Below, one piece after another: positions 39,711 through 49,470 of a DNA stretch of 61,346 nucleotides. The position numbers and the translations under genes are program-made. Numbering within the stretch: the stretch's first letter is position 1; the number at the start of each line of letters is the position of its first letter. Below the pieces are notes generated by a model. That model saw only the letters and a program-made list of their open reading frames with translations, was not told the origin of the DNA and ran no database searches. Origin of the DNA: an uncultured archaeon (GTDB lineage Archaea; Asgardarchaeota; Heimdallarchaeia; Heimdallarchaeales; Heimdallarchaeaceae); contig CAZJUB010000011.1 in NCBI GenBank assembly GCA_964549075.1, forward strand, positions 3,548 through 64,893, in the 5' to 3' direction.

Positions 39711-42710
39711 ATGAAACGAAAAGCAATTATTGTTTCAACTGTCTTTCTATTCTCCATTTTGATGCTACAAATGAGCTCCATGATGATTTTAACATCAGTA
39801 GCACAAGAGAAAAAAGGATTTGATATTGAGATTGTTCAAGATGCTACATCACAACAAGAACAGCCCATAATTGACTCAATTCGAACCTTAGTCTTACATT
39901 TCAAAAATAAAGCTTCGTTCAATAATTACGTAGCTAATAATGAACCTTACTTAGTTTTTGAAAACTTAAAAATGGTAGTAGAACAAGATTTGTTAAGCAA
40001 GAAAAATGAATATAATAAAATCAAGGGAGTAGATCGTGTTTTTGATTTAACTAACTCAAAAATGGAATTCACAGGATCTGTTTCCACAACAAACGACATT
40101 GGTATGGATACCATTGCATCTAGAGATTTAATCAATTTAGAACCGCTATGGGATTTAGGGTATAAAGGTGGAACAACTGTAGTTTACGATGTTGATTCTG
40201 GAATTTATACTGGACACGTTGACTTTACTGGAAGAATTGACACTACTAATAGTAAATCATTTCTGCTTGATATCTACGGATACGACGGTAATGACCTTTC
40301 TATTGATGATTCCAATGGTCACGGTACTCACACTGCAGGAATTGCAACCGGTGCAGGTATTGGTAATCCATCATATATTGGTATGGCTCCAGAAGCTGGA
40401 ATTCTTGTCGCTCGAGTCGGTGGTTCTGGTCCTGAGATTTACACTTTAGCTGCATTAGCTGCCTTGGATTATGGACCTACAATCGGTATAGATACTGCTA
40501 ACCTCTCATGGGGTGGTGGTGACAGTGAAGGTATGAGCGCTACTGAAATTGCTGTTGAAGAACTTATAAGTCAAGGAGTTGTTGTTGCTGTGTCTGCAGG
40601 TAATGAAGGAGAAAGTGGCTTCTTTACAGTAGGTGCACCTAGTACCGCTCCAAACGCTATTTGTGTCGCTGGAACTGATGTAAATGGTGCAAGATATGGC
40701 CCAAGTTCTAAAGGTCCATCTGCAGATGGATACATTAAACCTGATGTTGCTGCAGCAGGCAAAGATATTATAAGTTGTTCTATTGCAGGCCCTTCACAAT
40801 ATGTTATGTATAGTGGAACCTCTATGGCTGCACCTCATATAGCAGGTGGGGCTGCAGTTTTAATAGATGCTCTTAAAGATCAAGGAATCACCTATGATCC
40901 TGGTCTGATTAAAGCAGCTCTGATGAAATCAGCAGATCCTGGAACAATGTCTTATTTAAGTTATGGTGCTGGTATACCAGATTTTTATGATGCATATCAG
41001 AGGATACTAGCTGCTCCTACAAATGGAAGTGGTTTTCCCGCAATAATTTGGGCGATTCCTAATTATCCGATTGTAACCTACAGAGAAATTCCTCAAGGTT
41101 TTCATGCAGAATTATTTGTAGAATCGGTTTCATCTACTCCATGGAATGATCTCCCACCTGTAATAACAGGGAATGTAAGTACTATAGTTAACTTGAATAC
41201 AACTTCTTGGACTGGACCATGGACTAAGAATTATTATTTGGCAATCGACATTCCAGATGATGCAACCCTAGGTGTTTATGATGGTTATATCACTTTCGAA
41301 ACAGCTGGTGGAGTTACTGCTCAGACTTATCTTAAATTCACCGTTACTGAAGGAAAAGGTAAAATTTTGTATGCAAAGATGTTTACATCTTGGGGAATTG
41401 ACAATCTTCTAGGTCAATTTAGCACTGCTATCACAGACCTAATAGATAGGGGTTATGCAATTAATGAATACAAATGGTGGAATATAACAGGTGATGCTAA
41501 TGTTATTACAGAAGATTTGCTTAGTGACTATGACGCAATTTGGCTAGCTGATCCATTTGATAGACACTTTGATGTGAATCTTGATTTAGTAGGATATACA
41601 GAAATCACGGATAGTGAGATAACAGCGATTCAAAACTTTGTTTCAGGTGGTGGAGGTCTATTCATAGAATTCCTTGGATTATCCGAATATACATCAGGAG
41701 CTATAACAGTTCTAGATGGCAATAATATCACCAGATTGAATGAACTGATTGCACCTTTTGATATTTCAGCCAATGCTAATCCATATGTATTTGCTAGTGC
41801 TCAAAAAGCAAGAGTTATCCAAGCACATGCAATAACAGATGGAGTTGACTACATTGATCAGTATGGTACAAATCTTTATGCTGGTGCAAATGCTGAAGTA
41901 TTGGTAACATATAACAATAAAGCAACGACAGTTATACATGAAAATAGTAATGGTGGTCGAGTAGTTGTAATATCCACGAATTTCTTCATGGACTCCTCAG
42001 GATATAAGAACTCGTATAATTCAGGTACAGCTAATGATGTATTCACTCAGAACCTATTTAAATGGCTGACTGCGAAAGAGAAAATCACTGGAAGTTATGT
42101 AAAAGATACTACAGGAGCTGATTTCACCATTGAATCTCTCAATCCTGGAGCAGTTCTAACTGCAACATTAACAGTAGGTACATCAACTAGTTCAGCTACT
42201 TTAACTGATGATGGTGGTGGTATGTATAGTTACCGTCTGACCTATGCTGCAGAAGATTATTACACTTTAAGAGTGATGAGTTCTGATGACAAATATGTCG
42301 GAGAGATACTCTATGATGTTACACCACCAGAAGTCCAGTCAACCAATTGGGTCAACAATACTGTTCCTGCAGGCGCAAGACTAGATTTTGTCATACAAGA
42401 TGCAACATCGAATCTTGTTAATTTTTATGCGAAAGCAAATGGTGTTACAGATTATAGTATGACTGGTTCAGGTAAAACAAGAACATTTAGTGTGTTTACA
42501 AGTAGTTTAATTGCAGATGAAATGAATTATCTAGAAGTCTATGCGACTGACGAAAATGGCAATGTACTTCTAACTACTTTCACTATTCCACTAGGTGGTG
42601 TGGAAACTTCAACTACCCCAACTAGTGAAGGAGCTTTACCTTTAATAGGCATATTAATTGGTTTAATGTCTATGGCAGTTGCTGTTTTTGTAATTAGAAG
42701 AAAGAGATAA
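39711..42710 (+). CDS. Secreted, membrane-anchored S8 (subtilisin) serine protease with GATase/DUF4350-like domain
   Basis: Triad DVDSG, NGHGTH, SGTSMA; oxyanion SAGN; post-catalytic YDAIWL..EITAIQNFV.GGGGL; C-terminal TM plus RRKR. Confidence 0.92.
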   Translation: MKRKAIIVSTVFLFSILMLQMSSMMILTSVAQEKKGFDIEIVQDATSQQEQPIIDSIRTLVLHFKNKASFNNYVANNEPYLVFENLKMVVEQDLLSKKNEYNKIKGVDRVFDLTNSKMEFTGSVSTTNDIGMDTIASRDLINLEPLWDLGYKGGTTVVYDVDSGIYTGHVDFTGRIDTTNSKSFLLDIYGYDGNDLSIDDSNGHGTHTAGIATGAGIGNPSYIGMAPEAGILVARVGGSGPEIYTLAALAALDYGPTIGIDTANLSWGGGDSEGMSATEIAVEELISQGVVVAVSAGNEGESGFFTVGAPSTAPNAICVAGTDVNGARYGPSSKGPSADGYIKPDVAAAGKDIISCSIAGPSQYVMYSGTSMAAPHIAGGAAVLIDALKDQGITYDPGLIKAALMKSADPGTMSYLSYGAGIPDFYDAYQRILAAPTNGSGFPAIIWAIPNYPIVTYREIPQGFHAELFVESVSSTPWNDLPPVITGNVSTIVNLNTTSWTGPWTKNYYLAIDIPDDATLGVYDGYITFETAGGVTAQTYLKFTVTEGKGKILYAKMFTSWGIDNLLGQFSTAITDLIDRGYAINEYKWWNITGDANVITEDLLSDYDAIWLADPFDRHFDVNLDLVGYTEITDSEITAIQNFVSGGGGLFIEFLGLSEYTSGAITVLDGNNITRLNELIAPFDISANANPYVFASAQKARVIQAHAITDGVDYIDQYGTNLYAGANAEVLVTYNNKATTVIHENSNGGRVVVISTNFFMDSSGYKNSYNSGTANDVFTQNLFKWLTAKEKITGSYVKDTTGADFTIESLNPGAVLTATLTVGTSTSSATLTDDGGGMYSYRLTYAAEDYYTLRVMSSDDKYVGEILYDVTPPEVQSTNWVNNTVPAGARLDFVIQDATSNLVNFYAKANGVTDYSMTGSGKTRTFSVFTSSLIADEMNYLEVYATDENGNVLLTTFTIPLGGVETSTTPTSEGALPLIGILIGLMSMAVAVFVIRRKR

Positions 42711-42813
42711 TATCTCTTTTTTTCCTTTTTTCTTTCATCAGAAGATTTTTAACATCCTTAAATTTCGTTTCAATGAAGTTTATTACATTTAAAACAGTTT
42801 GAGGTAGAAACTA

Positions 42814-43476
42814 GTGGTAATTGCTAAAGGAACAGCTTTAATTAACAGCATAATTTCAAGTATTACAGCTGTAAGTTTCATTTTAGCAATCCTATTTTGG
42901 ATACTTTATAATATAACATGGCAATTTATTATTTTGGGTTTAGTTGTAATAGCTTTTGTTTTTATTCTCTGGACTTTTCGAGATCCACCAAGGGAGATTG
43001 AAACTGATTCTTCTCACATACTTGCTCCAGCAGATGGAAGAATAGTTGAAATAGAAGAAAGAGAGCAAGGAATCTACAATGTTATCAGAATGTCTCCTTT
43101 TGATGTTCATATGACGAGGAGTCCAATTAATGGAGAGGTAAGAGAGATTGAGTTTAAGAAAGGTTCTCATTGGCCAGCATACTTTCCCAAATATACAAAG
43201 AAAAATCAGAGGAATAAAATTACAATAAGAAATCAAGAACAGAACACAACTGCAATTGTAACTCAGGTCTCTGGCATATATGCCCGTAGAACAGTCGCAT
43301 ATGTTAAGGTAGGAGATAAAGTAAAACAAGGAGAAGTTATTGGAACGATCAGATTTGGTTCTATAACAAGTATAGAGGTAATAAACGACAAAAAATATAT
43401 ACTAAACTACAAAATAATGGACATAGTAAGAGCAGGAGTCTCTGTTCTAGCTGAAAGCAACCATAACAGTGATTGA
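42814..43476 (+). CDS. psd: Phosphatidyl/archaetidylserine decarboxylase proenzyme
   Basis: TFRDPPR, APADG, SPFDVH..RSP, KNQRN, QVSG..ARR, IRFGS cleavage motif. Confidence 0.9.
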   Translation: MVIAKGTALINSIISSITAVSFILAILFWILYNITWQFIILGLVVIAFVFILWTFRDPPREIETDSSHILAPADGRIVEIEEREQGIYNVIRMSPFDVHMTRSPINGEVREIEFKKGSHWPAYFPKYTKKNQRNKITIRNQEQNTTAIVTQVSGIYARRTVAYVKVGDKVKQGEVIGTIRFGSITSIEVINDKKYILNYKIMDIVRAGVSVLAESNHNSD

Positions 43477-44268
43477 ATGGATTGGCAAGACATATCTTTT
43501 CTTCAGAAAAAATGGATAAGAATATCAGCTCTAATTTTAGCTAATTTTATGACTTTTGGAAGTATCGCATTATCAATAACTGGAATAGTTCTTACATTTG
43601 TAGAACCAGACAATTTTGCGTTTTGGTTTGCGAAAATTATGGCTGTGTGTTCAATTTTTGATTTTACAGACGGAAAATTAGCTAGAATAGCTGGAAGTAG
43701 AAAATTAGCTGTAGATATAGACACAATTGTAGATTCTGTTTCTTTTGGTATTTTTCCTGCTATTTACATCGGTTATACTGTTTCTAAATGGGAAAATATC
43801 GGAATTTGGAACATAGTTATTGGTGTATTGACAGGTTTAATTTTCTTAACAGCAGTATGGTTTCGTTTATTTAGGTTCATTAAAAGAGATCCTCTTCATA
43901 CACCATATTTTACAGGACTACCAAGTCCTTTTGCTGGAATGGTTATCGCTTGTTTAGTAATTTTTCCAAACACACAACCTTGGGTAATGATGGTTTCGAC
44001 AATCATTATTTCTGGTTTTATGATATCAAAGATACCCTTTCCCTCTTTCAAAGGCGTCCCAACAATTTTTGATTGGTTCTGGATTGCAACAACTGCTATA
44101 TCTGTATTTTTATTTGCCATCTTTCCTTTTTCCCCAACTAATCTAATGATATATCCTGCTTATATTATTGCAACTTTAATGGTAATATATCTTACAATAA
44201 GTCCAGGATATGCAATGAAATTAGAGAAAAAATTGGATATAACTAGAAAGGATGAAAAAGAAGAATAA
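43477..44268 (+). CDS. pssA: CDP-alcohol phosphatidyltransferase (archaetidyl/phosphatidylserine synthase)
   Basis: DFTDGKLAR..IDTIVDSVSFGIFPA, RLFRF, FTGLPSP; starts directly after psd. Confidence 0.85.
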   Translation: MDWQDISFLQKKWIRISALILANFMTFGSIALSITGIVLTFVEPDNFAFWFAKIMAVCSIFDFTDGKLARIAGSRKLAVDIDTIVDSVSFGIFPAIYIGYTVSKWENIGIWNIVIGVLTGLIFLTAVWFRLFRFIKRDPLHTPYFTGLPSPFAGMVIACLVIFPNTQPWVMMVSTIIISGFMISKIPFPSFKGVPTIFDWFWIATTAISVFLFAIFPFSPTNLMIYPAYIIATLMVIYLTISPGYAMKLEKKLDITRKDEKEE

Positions 44269-44277
44269 AAAGAGATA

Positions 44278-45330
44278 TTATTGTTTCTTCAATTTTGTTA
44301 AAGCGATTTGTTCAAAACCATAAGCATTAGACATAACTGCATTTTCAGGGAAAAGAACTTCATCAACGTTTTTGACAATGTTAGCTTCAAAGAAAGCTTG
44401 TTTAAGATAATCCCCAAATACATAAGCACCACCACCGCATATGATAACTTTTTCAATCCATGCGTCAGGTGGCAGATTATTCAAAAGTCTGTTACTTTCA
44501 TCTACTATTACATCTGCAATAGAACCAACAGCTTGATCCATAGCTCCACCTATATCTAATGCTTTACCTCCAACAAGAATATTCTTTTTTCCTTGTTCGA
44601 TAGCCATCATCAAATCAAAAGGTCTGATAATTTTACCAGATTTTTCTTGGATTGCTCTGGACAGTGCATTTGTAAGACTATCAACAGCTTCTTCAAGTGA
44701 ACCAGAAGCAGCTCTCATCATATTCCCCTTATACATACACAAAATATCAGTAGTTCCATGTCCAATATCAACTATTATCGAATCAACTGCTGTTTGAACT
44801 CCACTAGTTTTTAACGAATGCCAATAAGTACCATATGGTTCAGGGGCAATGAAAACCTGCTCAATGAGAATTTTCATCTGCTTAGCTTCACCAGTAGCAT
44901 CATTTCTGATTTTTATCTCATGGGTTCCTTTTAGTCCTCTACTTAACTGTCTGCTTTCTTCTACTCCAGTTGCTATTGGTACTCCTGTAGCAACAACGAA
45001 TTGCTCATAACTTGAATTCATAATGAGGCTAAGAATTGCTTTTAATGCAAGTAGACTATTTTCAATTGATTTCATTTTTCCTTCAGTAGCAAGAGGTTTT
45101 CTTATTTCACTCTGAAGTCTTGCTAATTCACCAATATACACCTCTTGACCTTTTGAATCTTCGATAATGAGATTGTTCAGCCAGCTTTTATCAGAGGACA
45201 TCCCTTGCCATCCAGGATTGGGAGTACCGATAACTGAAGGTATTCGATAATGATGATCTCCAGAAGTTAATTTGATTGTACTTGTTCCTAAGTCTATTCC
45301 TACAGCGTTAGTCATGGGTGCGATAGGCAT
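44278..45330 (-). CDS. Actin-fold ATPase, ParM/StbA (Ta0583-like) family
   Basis: Phosphate-1 GIDLGTSTIK, IPSVIG, YIGELA, TGVP, PEPYG, phosphate-2 IVDIGHGTTD, adenosine IICGGGA, NAYGF; ATG at 45330 after GTGGTGA SD. Confidence 0.88.
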   Translation of the reverse strand: MPIAPMTNAVGIDLGTSTIKLTSGDHHYRIPSVIGTPNPGWQGMSSDKSWLNNLIIEDSKGQEVYIGELARLQSEIRKPLATEGKMKSIENSLLALKAILSLIMNSSYEQFVVATGVPIATGVEESRQLSRGLKGTHEIKIRNDATGEAKQMKILIEQVFIAPEPYGTYWHSLKTSGVQTAVDSIIVDIGHGTTDILCMYKGNMMRAASGSLEEAVDSLTNALSRAIQEKSGKIIRPFDLMMAIEQGKKNILVGGKALDIGGAMDQAVGSIADVIVDESNRLLNNLPPDAWIEKVIICGGGAYVFGDYLKQAFFEANIVKNVDEVLFPENAVMSNAYGFEQIALTKLKKQ

Positions 45331-45370
45331 ATAATTCACCACTGTTTTTTTTTCATGATTTCATTATATA

Positions 45371-45418
45371 AACTGTTTGACTCTAACAAGAAAGATTCTT
45401 GTTACTGGTTAGACAGTT
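45371..45418. repeat. Long imperfect palindrome/hairpin upstream of the actin-like gene
   Basis: Perfect core TAACAAGAA-aga-TTCTTGTTA (45384-45404), flanked by AACTGTTTGAC / GTTAGACAGTT arms. Confidence 0.7.
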
Positions 45419-45607
45419 ATATTCAATATATAATAAATGAAATGATATAAAAGCTCGGTGATAAAATTAAGATGAAATTGATACAAAATTAGTCAAGTTT
45501 AAATATATACTGAAAATTCTGTTTTTATATTCAATTATCTGTTAAACAAATAGATTTAAAGGATTCAAAACCGTAAACATAATAAGAAGCTTTAATCTGG
45601 CAAAAGT

Positions 45608-45635
45608 ATATAAATGCTTAAGCCATATAAATGCT
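45608..45635 (+). promoter_or_regulatory. Tandem 11-bp direct repeat ATATAAATGCT (duplicated TATA-like element)
   Basis: Copies at 45608-45618 and 45625-45635, upstream of the ATG at 45670. Confidence 0.45.
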
Positions 45636-45669
45636 AGCACACACACATACATAACCCTGGTGGTTAGAA

Positions 45670-46227
45670 ATGTTTAAGCAAGATATGGACGAACTAGAGG
45701 TGAGGGCACAGATTGATCGCGTTCTACGACAATCAGCTCAACTATTTACCATTGGGAATGGTAAAAGAGTTCGTTTAAATGAAGCTATACGCCTTAGAGA
45801 ATTTAATGCTGTTATGGGGTTAATTATTGCTTATAGTGCTGGTTCTTTTATGAGTCTTGATCGTTTTCATTTAGAAGGTGCTCATCCAGTTAGATATAAA
45901 AGAATCATCAATAGACTCAATTGCTATAGTGGTCAAGTAAGTGCTGCTTTAACACTAGAAATGTTGCGAATACGAGATCAAACTAAATTAAGCAAGTATG
46001 AATTAATAAGATTAGTACAAGATAAGTATTTTAACGCCAAACCAATAGGAACAAGAGACATCACAGAATCTCTTAATCGGATGCTTAGAAAAACTATGGA
46101 TGAGTATTTCAAATTTGAAGATAGATATTTCCGTAGAACCAATTTTGAACTCCGATTAGTAGAAATTCCTAAAAATACTCCTTACGAACTGGCTAAAATT
46201 AGTCTGGATAATGTAATCCAATTCTAA
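45670..46227 (+). CDS. Hypothetical basic helical protein
   Basis: 185-aa Arg/Lys-rich ORF; GGTGG SD-like motif upstream; no family recognised. Confidence 0.7.
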   Translation: MFKQDMDELEVRAQIDRVLRQSAQLFTIGNGKRVRLNEAIRLREFNAVMGLIIAYSAGSFMSLDRFHLEGAHPVRYKRIINRLNCYSGQVSAALTLEMLRIRDQTKLSKYELIRLVQDKYFNAKPIGTRDITESLNRMLRKTMDEYFKFEDRYFRRTNFELRLVEIPKNTPYELAKISLDNVIQF

Positions 46228-46346
46228 ACTCTCATCTCAATTGTTGGAAAGTTCTATATCGGTTTTTGCTATTAGCTAACTAAATTCAATCCAATTATTG
46301 TAATGAATTTTAAAATCCAAGTATGAATGTTGATATAGTGCTCTAC

Positions 46347-47105
46347 TTACATACTTTGGACATACTCCAATCTTTGTTCTACAGCTAGTTGAGTCAGTTT
46401 TTGTATAGGTCTAACAATTAACCACACTGATTCGGGGCGTTTATCAATTCTCAGTCTATTATTTTCATCAAAGAACTCTTCTCTTTTAGGTGATGTTAAA
46501 AGAGCAAGCAGATCATTTCGAGCATTTAAACAACTACCAGTCATTACAAGATTTGCAGCTTTATCGTCCCGAATTGCTCCTGCATCAATTAACAATTTGA
46601 TAAGTTCCCTTTTATCAATTCTATCTTCAGCTGGTAAATCAGATTTGTTTATATAAGCAACAACTGGTATTTTTGTTCCAAATTTTTCTCCTATCATCTT
46701 TTTAGCTTCATCGATAATCTTTTCATTTTGACCTTGTGCTACATTTTCGAAATTTAAAAAGATAATAACAGCGTCTACTCCCTTCATAACAATGTCTCTT
46801 TGAACTTTATGTCTTTCTTCACCTGGAATTGTCCATAATTGATATCTTAATCTATCAAATTTCTTTCCTCTAAAAGGTGGTGTTTGAAAGACACCTTGAT
46901 CGAAAAATACTGTTCGACCAGAATCATCTTGTATTTTAGTCAAGGAAGACACAATTGTCTTCGGATTTTCCATTCTTCTTAGTGCATTAAAAACTGTTAG
47001 CATGCTGGTCTTCCCACTCATGGGTGGTCCAAATAACACGATTTTAATGGTTGGTTTCCCTTCTCTATCAACGTTAAAAATGTCAGATAGCTCTAGTTGA
47101 CTCAT
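46347..47105 (-). CDS. MglA-like small GTPase (paralog 1)
   Basis: G1 KIVLFGPPMSGKT, RTVFFD, G3 WTIPGE, KGVDAV, G4 NKSD. Confidence 0.85.
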   Translation of the reverse strand: MSQLELSDIFNVDREGKPTIKIVLFGPPMSGKTSMLTVFNALRRMENPKTIVSSLTKIQDDSGRTVFFDQGVFQTPPFRGKKFDRLRYQLWTIPGEERHKVQRDIVMKGVDAVIIFLNFENVAQGQNEKIIDEAKKMIGEKFGTKIPVVAYINKSDLPAEDRIDKRELIKLLIDAGAIRDDKAANLVMTGSCLNARNDLLALLTSPKREEFFDENNRLRIDKRPESVWLIVRPIQKLTQLAVEQRLEYVQSM

Positions 47106-47185
47106 GAATATTCATTCAATAACTCTGTATATAAAATTTATTTTGGTTTCTTATAAGAAAAAAATATTTTCCCCTCACAGAGTTA

Positions 47186-49396
47186 TCATTTTCTATATTT
47201 TTTGATTAAAATTGGAATAGATATTACTGAGATAGCTAAAAGAATCAGAAACCAAGGTGAAAAATCAAGAAAACCTGTATTTGTATTAGAAGTTGGAATT
47301 CCTTCAGCAATGAAATGGTCTGATTCTGGAGATCTAACAGTTCTATCAGCATATCTAAAACTAACCTTAATATAATGTTCTCCTTTTACTGTACTCAAAT
47401 CTACAAAACCTACTCCCCAGTCATTTGTTACAGAATTATAATTTATAGAGAAAGAATTTATTGTATCACCATTTTTATCATATAAGAGTATCATTGTTTG
47501 AACATTCTCAGTAAAGGCTTCCCAACCTCCTAACTGAGTATAGCTAGCATTTACAGAAACATATAAAGCGGTGCTATCAACGTTTAAAGACACTTCAGGT
47601 TTTTCAACCGTTAAAATCTGAGTTACAGTTAATACATCTATTAATTCTCGACCATATTGTGTTGAACTTGATGCTATTACGTATACTTCGTAAGTATTTT
47701 CAGTAAAGGACTGTAATGAAAACTCTAAATACCAATCTAATACTACTGAATAATTCATAATTATAGAATCATAAACTATCGAAGTCCCTTCATATCTGAA
47801 TTGTGCATACACTTCTACACCTGTTTCATTGGTTATTTCTGTATCATTCTCATCTAAAATTACTACATTTGTTAATGAAAAATTCCAAGTATTGCTGTCA
47901 TATGAGAAAACATGAGAATCTATATACAAAGCTGCTCCTTGAGCTAGGCTAAAATCTACATAGTAAATAGTTCCTACTGTAAATTGATCGTCATTGGAAA
48001 CATAGGGAGTAGATGAATCCATAATGCTAGTGATGATATATGCTTTATCAACTATAGTTCCATTTAAAAACTCAGTAATTGAACCAGATTGAACACTTGT
48101 TGCTACTGACCAGCCATCTAGATCATGTATAGCTATTGAGATTCCTAAATACTTACTACCAACAGAATCTGTTTCTAACATCATTTTATCAAGAGGTGAG
48201 TTCAGCTTAGCTGAATAAATACCATAATATCTATTCACCCTATTAGTCTTAGTAATCGGAAAGGTTGTTATAAGATCATAGTCCATAGCTATATCGAGGT
48301 TTTCAAAACCATATAAACCCCCATCAAAAGAGGTATCATCAACATATAAAGCTGTAGCCCAATTTAAGAAAAGATCATTAAAAGCAATAGTTACACCTAT
48401 AGAACTTAGAGCATCTTCTACACCTTGTGCACCTACAGAGGTTTGAGCAACTAAGTTTTTTATTGCATTAACACCATACTTTTCAGCAAAATAAAAGATG
48501 AACATATAAGAACAACCATAGTCATTTCTGACATCTCTTCCTCCTTCGCTTAAGTAATTCCAGTATAATAAGCTAGTGTCAGGATAATGAGCAAAATTAT
48601 CTCTAGCAAATAGAGTTAAATTATCAACTACATCATATCCGCAAAGATATTTAGCAAATTCAGCGCAACCTTCATCTACCCACCATCTTTCGTAAACATC
48701 ATAATTAAACTGAATAAGATGCTGAAATTCATGCGCGAGAACACCATAGGTTGTAGAGTAATCAACATAAACCATTTCCCTTTGATTAGAATTTGTAGCA
48801 ACTACCTCATTTTTCATATCAAAATATCCAGCTACTCCACCATCTAAAGTTGCCATAAGAATAGTAACTCGAGGATCACCATCAATATCACCAAGATTAC
48901 CATCTGGATTACCGAAATATTGGACATCATGTGGATAAATATCAGTATCAAATTGATTTTGCCACAACTCAGCTTTAGCTGTTGCACTTGATTCGCCATA
49001 ACTTGAGATTATACTATCTAAAACATACACATAACAATTTGTTCCTTTAGCAAGCATAGTTGCAGATTTTTGGACATATTGATAGTTTGTAACTGCAAAA
49101 GATTCAATAATATAGAAATTTCTTGTATCTCCAATATTCTCTTCATTAAATACTTCTTTTTTAATAGTAGGTTGTTCATCCATCAAATTAGGTTGTTCTG
49201 CTAACAACTTATATTTCAAAATTTGAGTTGGATTTGTAGGCTCTTGTTCAAATAAAATATCAGCTAATTTGTTATAATAATCCGAGTTAGAAGCTTCTTG
49301 AGTGTTTAATCCAGTACTAGGAATAAAATTGCTAATTGTTAATATCAACAAGAAGGAAACGAGTAAATAGATGGGAAATTTAGAGTTCTTAAACAT
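47186..49396 (-). CDS. Secreted, membrane-anchored zinc metallopeptidase (M6/M30-like)
   Basis: Signal peptide; DIDGDPR, GYF, LAHEFQHLI (HExxH), WVDEG; C-terminal TM plus KKYRK. Confidence 0.82.
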   Translation of the reverse strand: MFKNSKFPIYLLVSFLLILTISNFIPSTGLNTQEASNSDYYNKLADILFEQEPTNPTQILKYKLLAEQPNLMDEQPTIKKEVFNEENIGDTRNFYIIESFAVTNYQYVQKSATMLAKGTNCYVYVLDSIISSYGESSATAKAELWQNQFDTDIYPHDVQYFGNPDGNLGDIDGDPRVTILMATLDGGVAGYFDMKNEVVATNSNQREMVYVDYSTTYGVLAHEFQHLIQFNYDVYERWWVDEGCAEFAKYLCGYDVVDNLTLFARDNFAHYPDTSLLYWNYLSEGGRDVRNDYGCSYMFIFYFAEKYGVNAIKNLVAQTSVGAQGVEDALSSIGVTIAFNDLFLNWATALYVDDTSFDGGLYGFENLDIAMDYDLITTFPITKTNRVNRYYGIYSAKLNSPLDKMMLETDSVGSKYLGISIAIHDLDGWSVATSVQSGSITEFLNGTIVDKAYIITSIMDSSTPYVSNDDQFTVGTIYYVDFSLAQGAALYIDSHVFSYDSNTWNFSLTNVVILDENDTEITNETGVEVYAQFRYEGTSIVYDSIIMNYSVVLDWYLEFSLQSFTENTYEVYVIASSSTQYGRELIDVLTVTQILTVEKPEVSLNVDSTALYVSVNASYTQLGGWEAFTENVQTMILLYDKNGDTINSFSINYNSVTNDWGVGFVDLSTVKGEHYIKVSFRYADRTVRSPESDHFIAEGIPTSNTNTGFLDFSPWFLILLAISVISIPILIKKYRK

Positions 49397-49470
49397 TAAA
49401 TTAACCTCTTATTTTATCTACGTGTACAAATCAATAAAAAGGTTAACAAATTAGCAAAAAAATCGATGTT

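Noticed and set aside
44278-45330. Calling the actin-like protein Lokiactin or MreB
   Set aside because: It lacks eukaryote-like DNGSG/TEAP motifs and MreB-specific motifs; the pattern fits ParM/StbA better
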